Origin: Candidatus Fimenecus sp. | GTDB lineage: Bacteria; Bacillota; Clostridia; Oscillospirales; Acutalibacteraceae | Direction of reading: 5' to 3' | Length of the DNA stretch: 64,000 bases | NCBI GenBank assembly: GCA_045595185.1 | Contig: JAZNZX010000014.1 | Coordinates: forward strand, 3,614 to 67,613 | In this document: piece after piece, positions 56,105 through 64,000 of the stretch | Layout of the letters: each line of letters opens with the position of its first letter | Position numbering within the stretch: the stretch's first letter is position 1 | Notes under the pieces: model-generated | The model's input: only the letters and a program-made list of their open reading frames with translations | Told to the model about the DNA's origin: nothing | Databases searched by the model: none | Program-made: the position numbers and the translations under genes

Positions 56105-56127
56105 ATCCGAACCTCCTTTCTAATGAA

Positions 56128-58206
56128 TTATTCAACTCCAAGTGCTTTATATATAGCGTCTTCAGGTGTTTGATAGAAGATTATATTGAAATTACCAATT
56201 AGTTCTGATGGAACTGTAGGCAGGTCTGCCGCTGATGTAATCGGAATCAAAATCTTTTTAGCTCCACTATCAAGACACACTTGCAACGCATTTGCTAATT
56301 CATCAACCTTAATCATTGTTCCTGCAATACTAATTTCACCAAGAATTGCTAGACTACTAATTGTCGGCTTCCCAAGTGCAATTGAGGCCAATGCTATAAG
56401 TGTGGGCAAGGCTAATTTTTCTGTCATACCAATGCCCTGCAAATCTTGATAATTAATTATATAATCTTTGGTTGTTGTGCTAATTGCACCACTAATACGA
56501 TTTGAATTTGCTTTCAAATAATTAAAAGCAGTATTTGTTGCTTCTTTGCATTTTGAATTCGAACCAAGTCCGGTTTTATCAAACTTACCGTTACCTGGAA
56601 GCATCTGTGATTCTAATCTGAATACACCAAGCATACTCGACTTGCCTTGTGAAATGGTATAAACTTGTCCCGGATTGCACACTCCCTCAGGGATAAGTTT
56701 TCCTCCACCCTGTTCAGGCACCGATACGAAATGCTCCTCAAATGTTTCATTATCTATATATGAGAAGTTTACATCGTAAAACTCCATGCCACCAAGTTTT
56801 TTCAACTGTTCTTTAACTCTGCGACGCATTTCAAGAGAAATTTTCAAAATCTCTTCAAGTTGTTCTTTTGTGTACTCTCCATCAGGATATAACAACTTTA
56901 TAAAACCGCCAACCATTTTTCTGACAGCAATTGTATCACGCTGATTGAGATTCTTTCCAAGTCGGAAATACTTATCAAGTGCATCTCCACATTGTTCCTT
57001 TCGAAGTTCTCTAATAAATTCAGCAAGATAGTCAGTAATAAAGCCATAATCATTTGTAAAATGATGTGGTCTAAACTTTGGTATCTCCCAACCAGGAATA
57101 TAACAATGCATACGATCAAGGAATGCAGTATCTGTTCCCATTTCGGGCGGGAATGGGTCAAAAAGACTTGCTGTCTTGAGCAATACATCTACACTCTGAT
57201 TGATATTACCTACGAATACCATTGAAGCAGAAGCAGCCTTTTCTTCTTTACCACGAGCAAATGAACCAGACGCCATGTAGTCTTTCATTATCTGAATGCC
57301 GTCTTTATCTTTGAAGTTTATACCTGCAACCTCATCGAAAGCAACGCAGTCCCAAAGTCCTACAAGTCCAACGGTTTTTCTTCCCATATTATAGAAAAGA
57401 TTTGCAACTGTCGTCTGTCCACCTGATACAAGAATACTGTTTGGTGATATTTCTTTATAAATATGTGACTTACCAGTACTTCTCGGTCCGAGTTCACATA
57501 AATTGAAATTGTTTTCAATAAGCGGAAGCATACGGGAGAGTAAAAGCCATTTTTCACGATATGAAAGTTTGTCAGGTTCCATACCTGTTGAGCGAAGAAG
57601 AATGCTCATCCATTCGTCCTGCGTAAATGCTTTTCTGCCTTGTTTCAAATCTTCAATATCGACATGAGGCATCTGAATGGGAGTAAGTTTTCTAATATGA
57701 ATAGGCGAAGCACCTTTGTCTTCTTCGATATATTCATAGTCAAGTTGAACAATACACCAAATGCCACCACAAAGTAGACGGTCGTATCGACTTGGATAGT
57801 CTTCTGAAATCGGTATTGCTTTTATACCAAGATTTGAAAATTCTGCTTCGTATGTATCTTTTTTAATATTAAGATTTACAGTAATCTTATCAATAACCGT
57901 ATGACTACCTTTCTGTCTTAGAAGAGAAAGGATTTTTTGTGCTTCATCAGGCCTTACATAGTTATCGGCAAGAATTCGTTTAACATTTGCTACACCTTCT
58001 TCGATAACTGTCGGGTCATCCGAACTGCAATACTGTCCCAACAAAAACTCTAAAACATATACAGGAACGTTGGCTCCTTCCTTAATTGATTTTGTTAAGT
58101 CTTTACGAACTATTTTACCATCAAAACAAGTTCTTAATTTGCGATTCAATAATTCATTCGGACTTTCATCACATGTGATTAAATCTGTTCTAATAATCTC
58201 ATCCAT
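56128..58206 (-). CDS. brxL: BREX system Lon protease-like ATPase BrxL
   Basis: N-terminus LNRKLRTCFDGKIVRKDLTKSIKEGANVPVYVLEFLLGQYC, Walker A GPRSTGKSH, C-terminal Lon-protease-like domain. Directly follows pglZ. Confidence 0.9.
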   Translation of the reverse strand: MDEIIRTDLITCDESPNELLNRKLRTCFDGKIVRKDLTKSIKEGANVPVYVLEFLLGQYCSSDDPTVIEEGVANVKRILADNYVRPDEAQKILSLLRQKGSHTVIDKITVNLNIKKDTYEAEFSNLGIKAIPISEDYPSRYDRLLCGGIWCIVQLDYEYIEEDKGASPIHIRKLTPIQMPHVDIEDLKQGRKAFTQDEWMSILLRSTGMEPDKLSYREKWLLLSRMLPLIENNFNLCELGPRSTGKSHIYKEISPNSILVSGGQTTVANLFYNMGRKTVGLVGLWDCVAFDEVAGINFKDKDGIQIMKDYMASGSFARGKEEKAASASMVFVGNINQSVDVLLKTASLFDPFPPEMGTDTAFLDRMHCYIPGWEIPKFRPHHFTNDYGFITDYLAEFIRELRKEQCGDALDKYFRLGKNLNQRDTIAVRKMVGGFIKLLYPDGEYTKEQLEEILKISLEMRRRVKEQLKKLGGMEFYDVNFSYIDNETFEEHFVSVPEQGGGKLIPEGVCNPGQVYTISQGKSSMLGVFRLESQMLPGNGKFDKTGLGSNSKCKEATNTAFNYLKANSNRISGAISTTTKDYIINYQDLQGIGMTEKLALPTLIALASIALGKPTISSLAILGEISIAGTMIKVDELANALQVCLDSGAKKILIPITSAADLPTVPSELIGNFNIIFYQTPEDAIYKALGVE

Positions 58207-58227
58207 TGAACAAACCTCCTGTATAAA

Positions 58228-60744
58228 TTAACCGAAGAAACCAAAATCATCGGCAAATGCTATGTCCATAATAATTTCGTGTCTTAATGTTTCAATATCA
58301 TTTTGAGTATCATAAGCCACAAGATAATACTTTTGAGACTTATTGTATTGCCTATCTTTGAAATTAAAGCGGAGACGGAACATTCTCTTCATTGTATCTT
58401 TATCTTTTTTATCTACAATGACAATATTTTCATTAGAGATTTTTTCGTTTTCCTCAGATATGAAATAAACTCTGTAACTTGTCTCCTTGATTATATCACT
58501 GACTGGTTCTGTCTGAATAAAGTCAAGTGTTGTGATAAGATTAGTTATTTTGTTCGTGAGACTAACGAGAGAAATCTCTGCTACGCTTGTCTCTTTTTTG
58601 TATTTATCAACCTTGACATCAATTAACGGTACAATCATTTCCTGCGGAGATGTACCTCCATGAACAAAGTTCAAGCCTGCTCCTGCAGTTTTGAAAATGT
58701 CACTTCCAACGGGGAACGAAACAAACAAATTATCATTATTTACTGAAGTGAGTTTGAGTGTTTCTACACCATCTGTTTCCAAACATTGCTCCGAAACAAC
58801 ATATCTTTTACCGTATGTACCTGAAGATATTGTTCCCGCTTTGATTTTATCACTTTCTGACAACGCATCTCTTTTGTAAATAAAGCCGTGGTCAGAAGTA
58901 ATGAGAAAGTGATATGTGTTAGCCTGAGATGAAATTTTTCGTACTAAAGCATAGATTTCTTCTATGGCTTCTTCACACGCTGTAAACACTTCATTTTCGG
59001 TTTTTGAATCATCGCCGCGTGCATCAACCTGATTATGATAAATATAAACAACATCCTGACCTGTAAACACATTCCTTAAATCAGCCTGTTTCATATTCTT
59101 AAAAGCATCAAAAGGTACACAATTACTATTTACCTTGTATTTTAATAAGTGTGATGCTTTTTGTTCAGTTAATGCACATGTTTTACCATCTAAAACAACA
59201 TCATAGTTTTCGTTATATTCTATTTTTTCATAAGGTAGAAGAGCCGACATACCTAACTGAGTATATGAGGGAAGTACACCTTGCATCGGTGTCATTTTTA
59301 CCATACATTTCTCATCATTTAAGAACTTTTCAAACAAAGTATAGGCGACCTCATATCTAAACGCATCTGATACTATTACCACCACACGGTCATTTGAGTT
59401 CTTTACATATCTATTAAAGAAATCTTTTTGTAAAATTAGCCCTGTTGCTCCATTTGCAGCTACAAGCTCATTACTCCAATTCACGGTAATTTTGTTCAAA
59501 TATTCGTTTGTATAGAAGTTCTCTACAAGCTCGCGTAGAGTCTCATATTTAGTACTGTCTTCAAGGTTATCGTAGAAATAATAAAAATATCTGTACCTAC
59601 GGTCAATCTTAAACAATGATTCCGTATACAGTGTCGAAAGTTCTCTAATTCCTGTGGTAAATTGATATGTGCCTGATGAAATTATGTAATAGGCGTTTTC
59701 CAGTACAAAATAATCATTTCTGAAGTTCTTGCCGAAATGTTGTTTTCTTCTATCAGCACAAATTTCAGGGATAGTTTTGCCATTTAGTTTTGCACCAATG
59801 TCTTCATTCACAAGGCGGTCGATTAACCAATCGATAATTATTTCATCTATGCCTGAAAATAGGTTGCAATCGACCAATGCTTCCACATTGATATTTGAAA
59901 AATACTTCTTGCCATTGATTGTGCTGTAAACAGTATCAGAAATCTCATCGTAGCATTTACCATATAAATAACTATTCATTAAGTTATCTATAAAAGCACG
60001 AACATTACCAGGTTTATATGAAACGAAAGGTTTCCATGCTTGAGGTATGTCTGTATAAATCACTTTTGATGTATAAGTGATAAACATTGTCATTACGAGT
60101 TTTTCAAGAGTTGGATTATTGTCATTATATCCAAAGTTAATATCAGTTTGTTGCCAAAAAGCATTAAGTAAGTCATACTTTTCAAATTCAGCAAGGTACT
60201 TATTATCAATTAAGCCGTCATCGGTTAGAATGCATCTCATTACTTCTTCAAAAGATGCAATTTTACTTTTACAAAGAACACTCATTAAAGCAATTTCTAT
60301 CATTGATTGGTTGGGTTTTTCCAATTCAAAATCAGCAAACTTCTGTGTTCTTTCTTTATTCGCAAAGAATTTATTATGATGCTGAATTATAGATTTATAC
60401 TTTTCATCAACACCTAAATCAATAATAAGAAGTGAAGCTCTGTCAGCAAAAAACTCTTTTGAATAGCGTATTGTGTCGGCAAGATGATTGTCTTTTATGG
60501 CAGGCTTTGAGAATGGAGCATACACGAGATAATTAGTTGTTGTATCCTCGCACTCCAAAAAGTATTTGATATAGAATTGATTGTCTTTTTCAAGATGTAA
60601 TACCTTTGCATTGTTGAGTTCAATGGTATCTATATCTTCAACAAATTCCGCATTTGCATCATACCAAAATACGAGTTTGCGAACATCACTTGCAAACTCA
60701 CTATTCAATTTATCTGTAATTTGTTTTAAGTTTAACTCTGCCAT
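58228..60744 (-). CDS. pglZ: BREX-1 system phosphatase PglZ (type A)
   Basis: N-terminus KLVFWYD...AEF and the alkaline-phosphatase-like PglZ core (VVVIVSDAFRYEV, LITSDHGFIY). ATG at 60744 after AAGGAAAGG (a GTG at 60753 is an alternative). Confidence 0.9.
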   Translation of the reverse strand: MAELNLKQITDKLNSEFASDVRKLVFWYDANAEFVEDIDTIELNNAKVLHLEKDNQFYIKYFLECEDTTTNYLVYAPFSKPAIKDNHLADTIRYSKEFFADRASLLIIDLGVDEKYKSIIQHHNKFFANKERTQKFADFELEKPNQSMIEIALMSVLCKSKIASFEEVMRCILTDDGLIDNKYLAEFEKYDLLNAFWQQTDINFGYNDNNPTLEKLVMTMFITYTSKVIYTDIPQAWKPFVSYKPGNVRAFIDNLMNSYLYGKCYDEISDTVYSTINGKKYFSNINVEALVDCNLFSGIDEIIIDWLIDRLVNEDIGAKLNGKTIPEICADRRKQHFGKNFRNDYFVLENAYYIISSGTYQFTTGIRELSTLYTESLFKIDRRYRYFYYFYDNLEDSTKYETLRELVENFYTNEYLNKITVNWSNELVAANGATGLILQKDFFNRYVKNSNDRVVVIVSDAFRYEVAYTLFEKFLNDEKCMVKMTPMQGVLPSYTQLGMSALLPYEKIEYNENYDVVLDGKTCALTEQKASHLLKYKVNSNCVPFDAFKNMKQADLRNVFTGQDVVYIYHNQVDARGDDSKTENEVFTACEEAIEEIYALVRKISSQANTYHFLITSDHGFIYKRDALSESDKIKAGTISSGTYGKRYVVSEQCLETDGVETLKLTSVNNDNLFVSFPVGSDIFKTAGAGLNFVHGGTSPQEMIVPLIDVKVDKYKKETSVAEISLVSLTNKITNLITTLDFIQTEPVSDIIKETSYRVYFISEENEKISNENIVIVDKKDKDTMKRMFRLRFNFKDRQYNKSQKYYLVAYDTQNDIETLRHEIIMDIAFADDFGFFG

Positions 60745-60759
60745 ATTTAACACCTTTCC

Positions 60760-61062
60760 TTAAAAAGGAAGCCAATCTCTTACTTCTTTTAATCCTTTGT
60801 ACGCTTTCATAGCTACCGAATGCTCGTCTAAATATTCCATACCTTTTACAGTAAGCTTAGTGTTTTCTAAAAATGCAATTAAAATTTCATTTCCTTTACC
60901 TCTGGAAAATCTTGCCCCTTTGATTAAACCTTCATCTTGACAAGCATCAACAATATCATAAAACTCTCCCTTTTCTAATCCGTAATCGGAATATGCGGGA
61001 ATATTGCCATCGTTAAGTTCTCTCATAAAACTTAACATTACTTTGAGTTTATTTGTAGCCAT
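60760..61062 (-). CDS. Small winged-helix protein, YjcQ-like (PF09639, from memory), inserted between pglX and pglZ
   Basis: 100 aa. LSFMRELNDGNIP...FYDIVDACQDEGLIKGARFS...LTVKGMEYLDEHS...KAYKGLKEVRDWLPF. GAGGAGGA SD 16 nt after the pglX stop. Confidence 0.5.
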   Translation of the reverse strand: MATNKLKVMLSFMRELNDGNIPAYSDYGLEKGEFYDIVDACQDEGLIKGARFSRGKGNEILIAFLENTKLTVKGMEYLDEHSVAMKAYKGLKEVRDWLPF

Positions 61063-61078
61063 TTTATTTTAATCCTCC

Positions 61079-64000
61079 TCAAATCTTCGCTAATATCTGC
61101 ATTTTCTTTCCGTCAGGAGCAGTTTGAACCTTTTCGTAGTTGATTTTTACGCCGTCATCAAGGTCGATATCAATACGAGAAAGAGCTAAATGTGCTACTA
61201 AAGCGTCATAGTCTTTAGTTTCTTTGAGTTGCTTCTGAAGTTTTTCTTTTCTCTTTGTTGCTAATGCAACTTCTTTGTTATCTGTGCTGTTATCAATAAT
61301 TTCTTGCATACGCTCGATTTCTTTGTCATACACTCTCTGCATACGATGGAGATACTCTACACGCATATTACCAATGGTATCCTCGTTCCAACGGTGCATA
61401 TAGCAAAGTGCTTTAAAACCATTTTGTTTGCCACTATCAAACATCCAATAGATTGGGCGTTTTTGATAAATCTTTATATGGTCTTTAATAAAATCATTTA
61501 AGAAGTAATTTCTGATTACCTCACGGCTTGTATTACCTTTATTACCAAGTGCATTAGCAATAAATTCGAGATTTTCTTCAAGAGTTTCTTTGCCGTAAAC
61601 AGTTTCAATAAACTTTACAAATCTACCGACAATATCATCTTCAAAGTATTCTTCATCGGTAATCGGAATGCAGTTATCCTCGTCAGGCAAAAACCAGTCA
61701 CTTTTATACACATCTTTTGGAAAACCATTAGAGTTGGATGATTGATATGCATTAAACTTATAATCTTCAATGTTCCACTCGCCACCTGCATAGACTAATC
61801 CTTCCTGATATAATGAATACCTGCCAAACATACAACCGACAGCATACGATATGAGTGACTTTATGTCTCTCTGCAAATCTGCTTTGCTAACAGAGACATC
61901 TTTATCTTCAACATTCGGCACAAGTTCATCCTGTAAACCATAAATATCAATGAAGATGCGATTGAGTTCTTCTTCATTTTCTTTAAGTCGATTAAATCTT
62001 AAAAAGCACTCATTACTCCAATTAACAAAAGCATCTTCTATGTAGTTCATATCTACAATATGATATTTTTTATCTTCTGCCATTTCACTCATTGGGAATG
62101 ATGCGCAACGCACCAATGGGTGAATAATAAAATCCCATGATGTTTCAAAGGAGTCCCAATCTTTTCTAGTTGCGTAAACATTCTCTGTCGCAAGTAGTGC
62201 AACATCATTTAGAGTTTTTTCATCCACAGCTGTTGGTATAGACGCCACTTCTCCAACTTCATATGTAATTGTTTCACCACCTACATTATCAGCAAACGAC
62301 TGAGCAACAACAGAATTAAGAAAAGCTAAAATATACATCAACTTGTTCTCATTTGCAAAAACACACGGACCAGCAGCTGCAAATGATGATTCTTCTATGT
62401 ATCTAACATTCAACTTGTAGTTTGTTATGTATGTCCAAGTCAATGCACGTTCTCTGAAATAATACGATTCATTTCGTATAACGGCATTTTTAAAGGCCTT
62501 CATTTCAAATCCATTTTTTTCCCAATTGACAACATATTCATTATTACCATACCATCTGTGGAAGGAGCCACCTTTGCACAAACGATACCACTTAGCCCTA
62601 GCGAAAGGCGTAAAACCCTGCATTTTGACCTTCTCAACTTCATGCCAGAGTCTAAGAAAACGATTGTCATCGGCTGTACTCATTCCTTTTTTTACATCTG
62701 CCACACTACCCAGCGGCATGTATTTTGAATAAGCTTCGGTGTTCTTTTCAGAGGCCCAGTAAGCAATAGGCATTCTTGGAATACGCTTATATCCTGCGAT
62801 ACTTGCAGTTGTATATCGCTTATTTATAACAGGAAAAGCCTTCGGTATATCGGCATCTCCTATATCTTGCATACTTGTATATACATATCTTCCTTTATGT
62901 TCTGGCAAATACCCCTTTCTAAACACGGTTGCAGATGTTCCAAATGCTATGCCCATTACCATGTTATCCATATGCAGTAAGGAAACAATGTGACTAGTGT
63001 TCAGTACTTTTTCTCTAAATCTATCAAAAGCTGTAAGGAACATCCAAACTTGCATGGTTACTTGCGTATTAAATCCATAGGATTTAACCATCTCAAATCC
63101 TCTTTCAATAAAAACAGCAAATAAGTCGGATTTCGAATCGGGATAATTAAACTGAACATATTCCCTAAGTTTACTACTCATCCCTTTTGAGCCCATATAA
63201 GGTGGGTTAGTTACAACAACATCATATTTCTGTGTCATTGTCTTAGCCTGTTTAATTAAAGGTAAAACAACGGTTTTCACTAATATCTGGTAGTTTCTGC
63301 TGAAAATATCATCATAAACACTTTCTCTAATTTCATATAGTCGGTTGATTAAATATTCAAAATCAATCTTTGTAATATTCAAGATGCTACCATATTCTTT
63401 GGCATCTCTTAATTCGTCACAGAGTACTGTCAAATTATTTTTAACTTCAGCATTACCGTTTGCGATAAAATCAATTAAATCATTTGTTATTTCATTACTT
63501 TCGCGAATTGCAAACAAATTTGGTTTAATGCCTTCGGATAAAATACGGCGATTATATTGACGTGCTTTCATCATAACTGCAAAATATGCAAGCTGATATG
63601 CTCGCTCATCAATATCAAGACCATAGATGTTATTCTGTAAAATGCTACGAGCAGCATCACGCTGAGTATAACCATAACTTTCGTAAATTTGCATAAGCAC
63701 ATCAAAGGCATAAACCAAGATATGACCACTACCCATACAAGGGTCAATGATTTTGATTTCTTCTGGTGTTATATTTTTGTACTCTACTCTGATTTCTTCA
63801 AGTTGTTTTACTACATCTGGCTCTTGTTCCGCTTCATCAAGATAATATTTCCATTCGGATTTTAAGTTGTCATTATTATGACCCTCAAGCCACAATCTGC
63901 CGAGAGAATTTTCAACCATATAACGAACTATCCAGTCTGGTGTGAAAAGTTGTGTTGCAGCAGGAATATGCTCTTTGGAAATTTTGATGTTTTTCTTTAG
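61079..64000 (-). CDS. pglX: BREX-1 system adenine-specific DNA methyltransferase PglX (N-terminal part lies beyond the window end)
   Basis: The frame stays open to position 64000 (...LFTPDWIVRYMVENSLGRLW). It has the N6-MTase motif IV VVTNPPYMG and motif I region IIDPCMGSGHIL. The ATG at 63919 is internal. Confidence 0.9.
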   Translation of the reverse strand, partial: LKKNIKISKEHIPAATQLFTPDWIVRYMVENSLGRLWLEGHNNDNLKSEWKYYLDEAEQEPDVVKQLEEIRVEYKNITPEEIKIIDPCMGSGHILVYAFDVLMQIYESYGYTQRDAARSILQNNIYGLDIDERAYQLAYFAVMMKARQYNRRILSEGIKPNLFAIRESNEITNDLIDFIANGNAEVKNNLTVLCDELRDAKEYGSILNITKIDFEYLINRLYEIRESVYDDIFSRNYQILVKTVVLPLIKQAKTMTQKYDVVVTNPPYMGSKGMSSKLREYVQFNYPDSKSDLFAVFIERGFEMVKSYGFNTQVTMQVWMFLTAFDRFREKVLNTSHIVSLLHMDNMVMGIAFGTSATVFRKGYLPEHKGRYVYTSMQDIGDADIPKAFPVINKRYTTASIAGYKRIPRMPIAYWASEKNTEAYSKYMPLGSVADVKKGMSTADDNRFLRLWHEVEKVKMQGFTPFARAKWYRLCKGGSFHRWYGNNEYVVNWEKNGFEMKAFKNAVIRNESYYFRERALTWTYITNYKLNVRYIEESSFAAAGPCVFANENKLMYILAFLNSVVAQSFADNVGGETITYEVGEVASIPTAVDEKTLNDVALLATENVYATRKDWDSFETSWDFIIHPLVRCASFPMSEMAEDKKYHIVDMNYIEDAFVNWSNECFLRFNRLKENEEELNRIFIDIYGLQDELVPNVEDKDVSVSKADLQRDIKSLISYAVGCMFGRYSLYQEGLVYAGGEWNIEDYKFNAYQSSNSNGFPKDVYKSDWFLPDEDNCIPITDEEYFEDDIVGRFVKFIETVYGKETLEENLEFIANALGNKGNTSREVIRNYFLNDFIKDHIKIYQKRPIYWMFDSGKQNGFKALCYMHRWNEDTIGNMRVEYLHRMQRVYDKEIERMQEIIDNSTDNKEVALATKRKEKLQKQLKETKDYDALVAHLALSRIDIDLDDGVKINYEKVQTAPDGKKMQILAKI

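Noticed and set aside
63917-63919. ATG at 63919 as the pglX start (as in the ORF track)
   Set aside because: The frame is open for all 27 codons up to the window edge. It encodes …LFTPDWIVRYMVENSLGRLW, a conserved PglX region, and the NPPY motif would lie too close to the N-terminus. The gene is truncated by the window.
52300-64000. Prophage, ICE or transposon as the vehicle of the BREX island
   Set aside because: No integrase, recombinase, transposase, relaxase or phage structural gene is visible in the window, and no att-like direct repeat pair was found. The far end of the island is outside the window, so this is unresolved rather than disproved.

Overview
This is an AT-rich chromosomal segment from a spore-forming Clostridia-class Firmicute. 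The evidence is spoIIR, bofA and a cohesin/Big_2 surface protein; it looks Ruminococcaceae/Oscillospiraceae-like, but the taxon cannot be proven from sequence alone and GC content was not computed. Positions 1 to about 52.3 kb are mostly minus-strand housekeeping genes: a Na/Pi-PhoU transporter, GH20/GH18/GH27 glycosidases, glpQ-like, ispE, an ACT+DUF711 pair, nfo, mgtE behind an M-box riboswitch, rpoD-dnaG-dGTPase, rpmE, addAB, a Gly-Arg-His-Gln tRNA cluster, a ZIP transporter, a ClpE-like ATPase, pgsA-like, cvpA, truA, ecfA1-A2-T, glmM and ruvCAB. A family of nested palindromic MITE-like repeats occurs at four or more intergenic sites. From about 52.6 kb to the window end lies an accessory (defence) island. 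It holds a palindromic-repeat junction, a small plus-strand gene, and a minus-strand gene string of more than 10.5 kb with tiny gaps. That string contains the distal half of a type-1 BREX system: pglX (cut by the window edge), pglZ and brxL. It also has two non-canonical additions. One is a 100-aa YjcQ-like winged-helix gene wedged between pglX and pglZ. The other is a three-gene tail after brxL: a 219-aa Gly-zipper protein, a 366-aa TcmP-like MTase-fold protein, and a 252-aa CX3CX3C radical-SAM-like protein. That tail is my best candidate for an undescribed system. Other items worth a second look are a repeat-rich structured 350-nt intergenic region upstream of spoIIR, a second attenuator with a 22-codon ORF behind the mgtE M-box, a rod-like RNA candidate between rpmE and yigZ, an AATGATGT iteron-like array after the tRNA cluster, a frameshifted LMW-PTP gene, and an MFS/GPH transporter fused to a roughly 320-aa coiled-coil tail. 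All family assignments come from motif recognition by eye; no database search was run.
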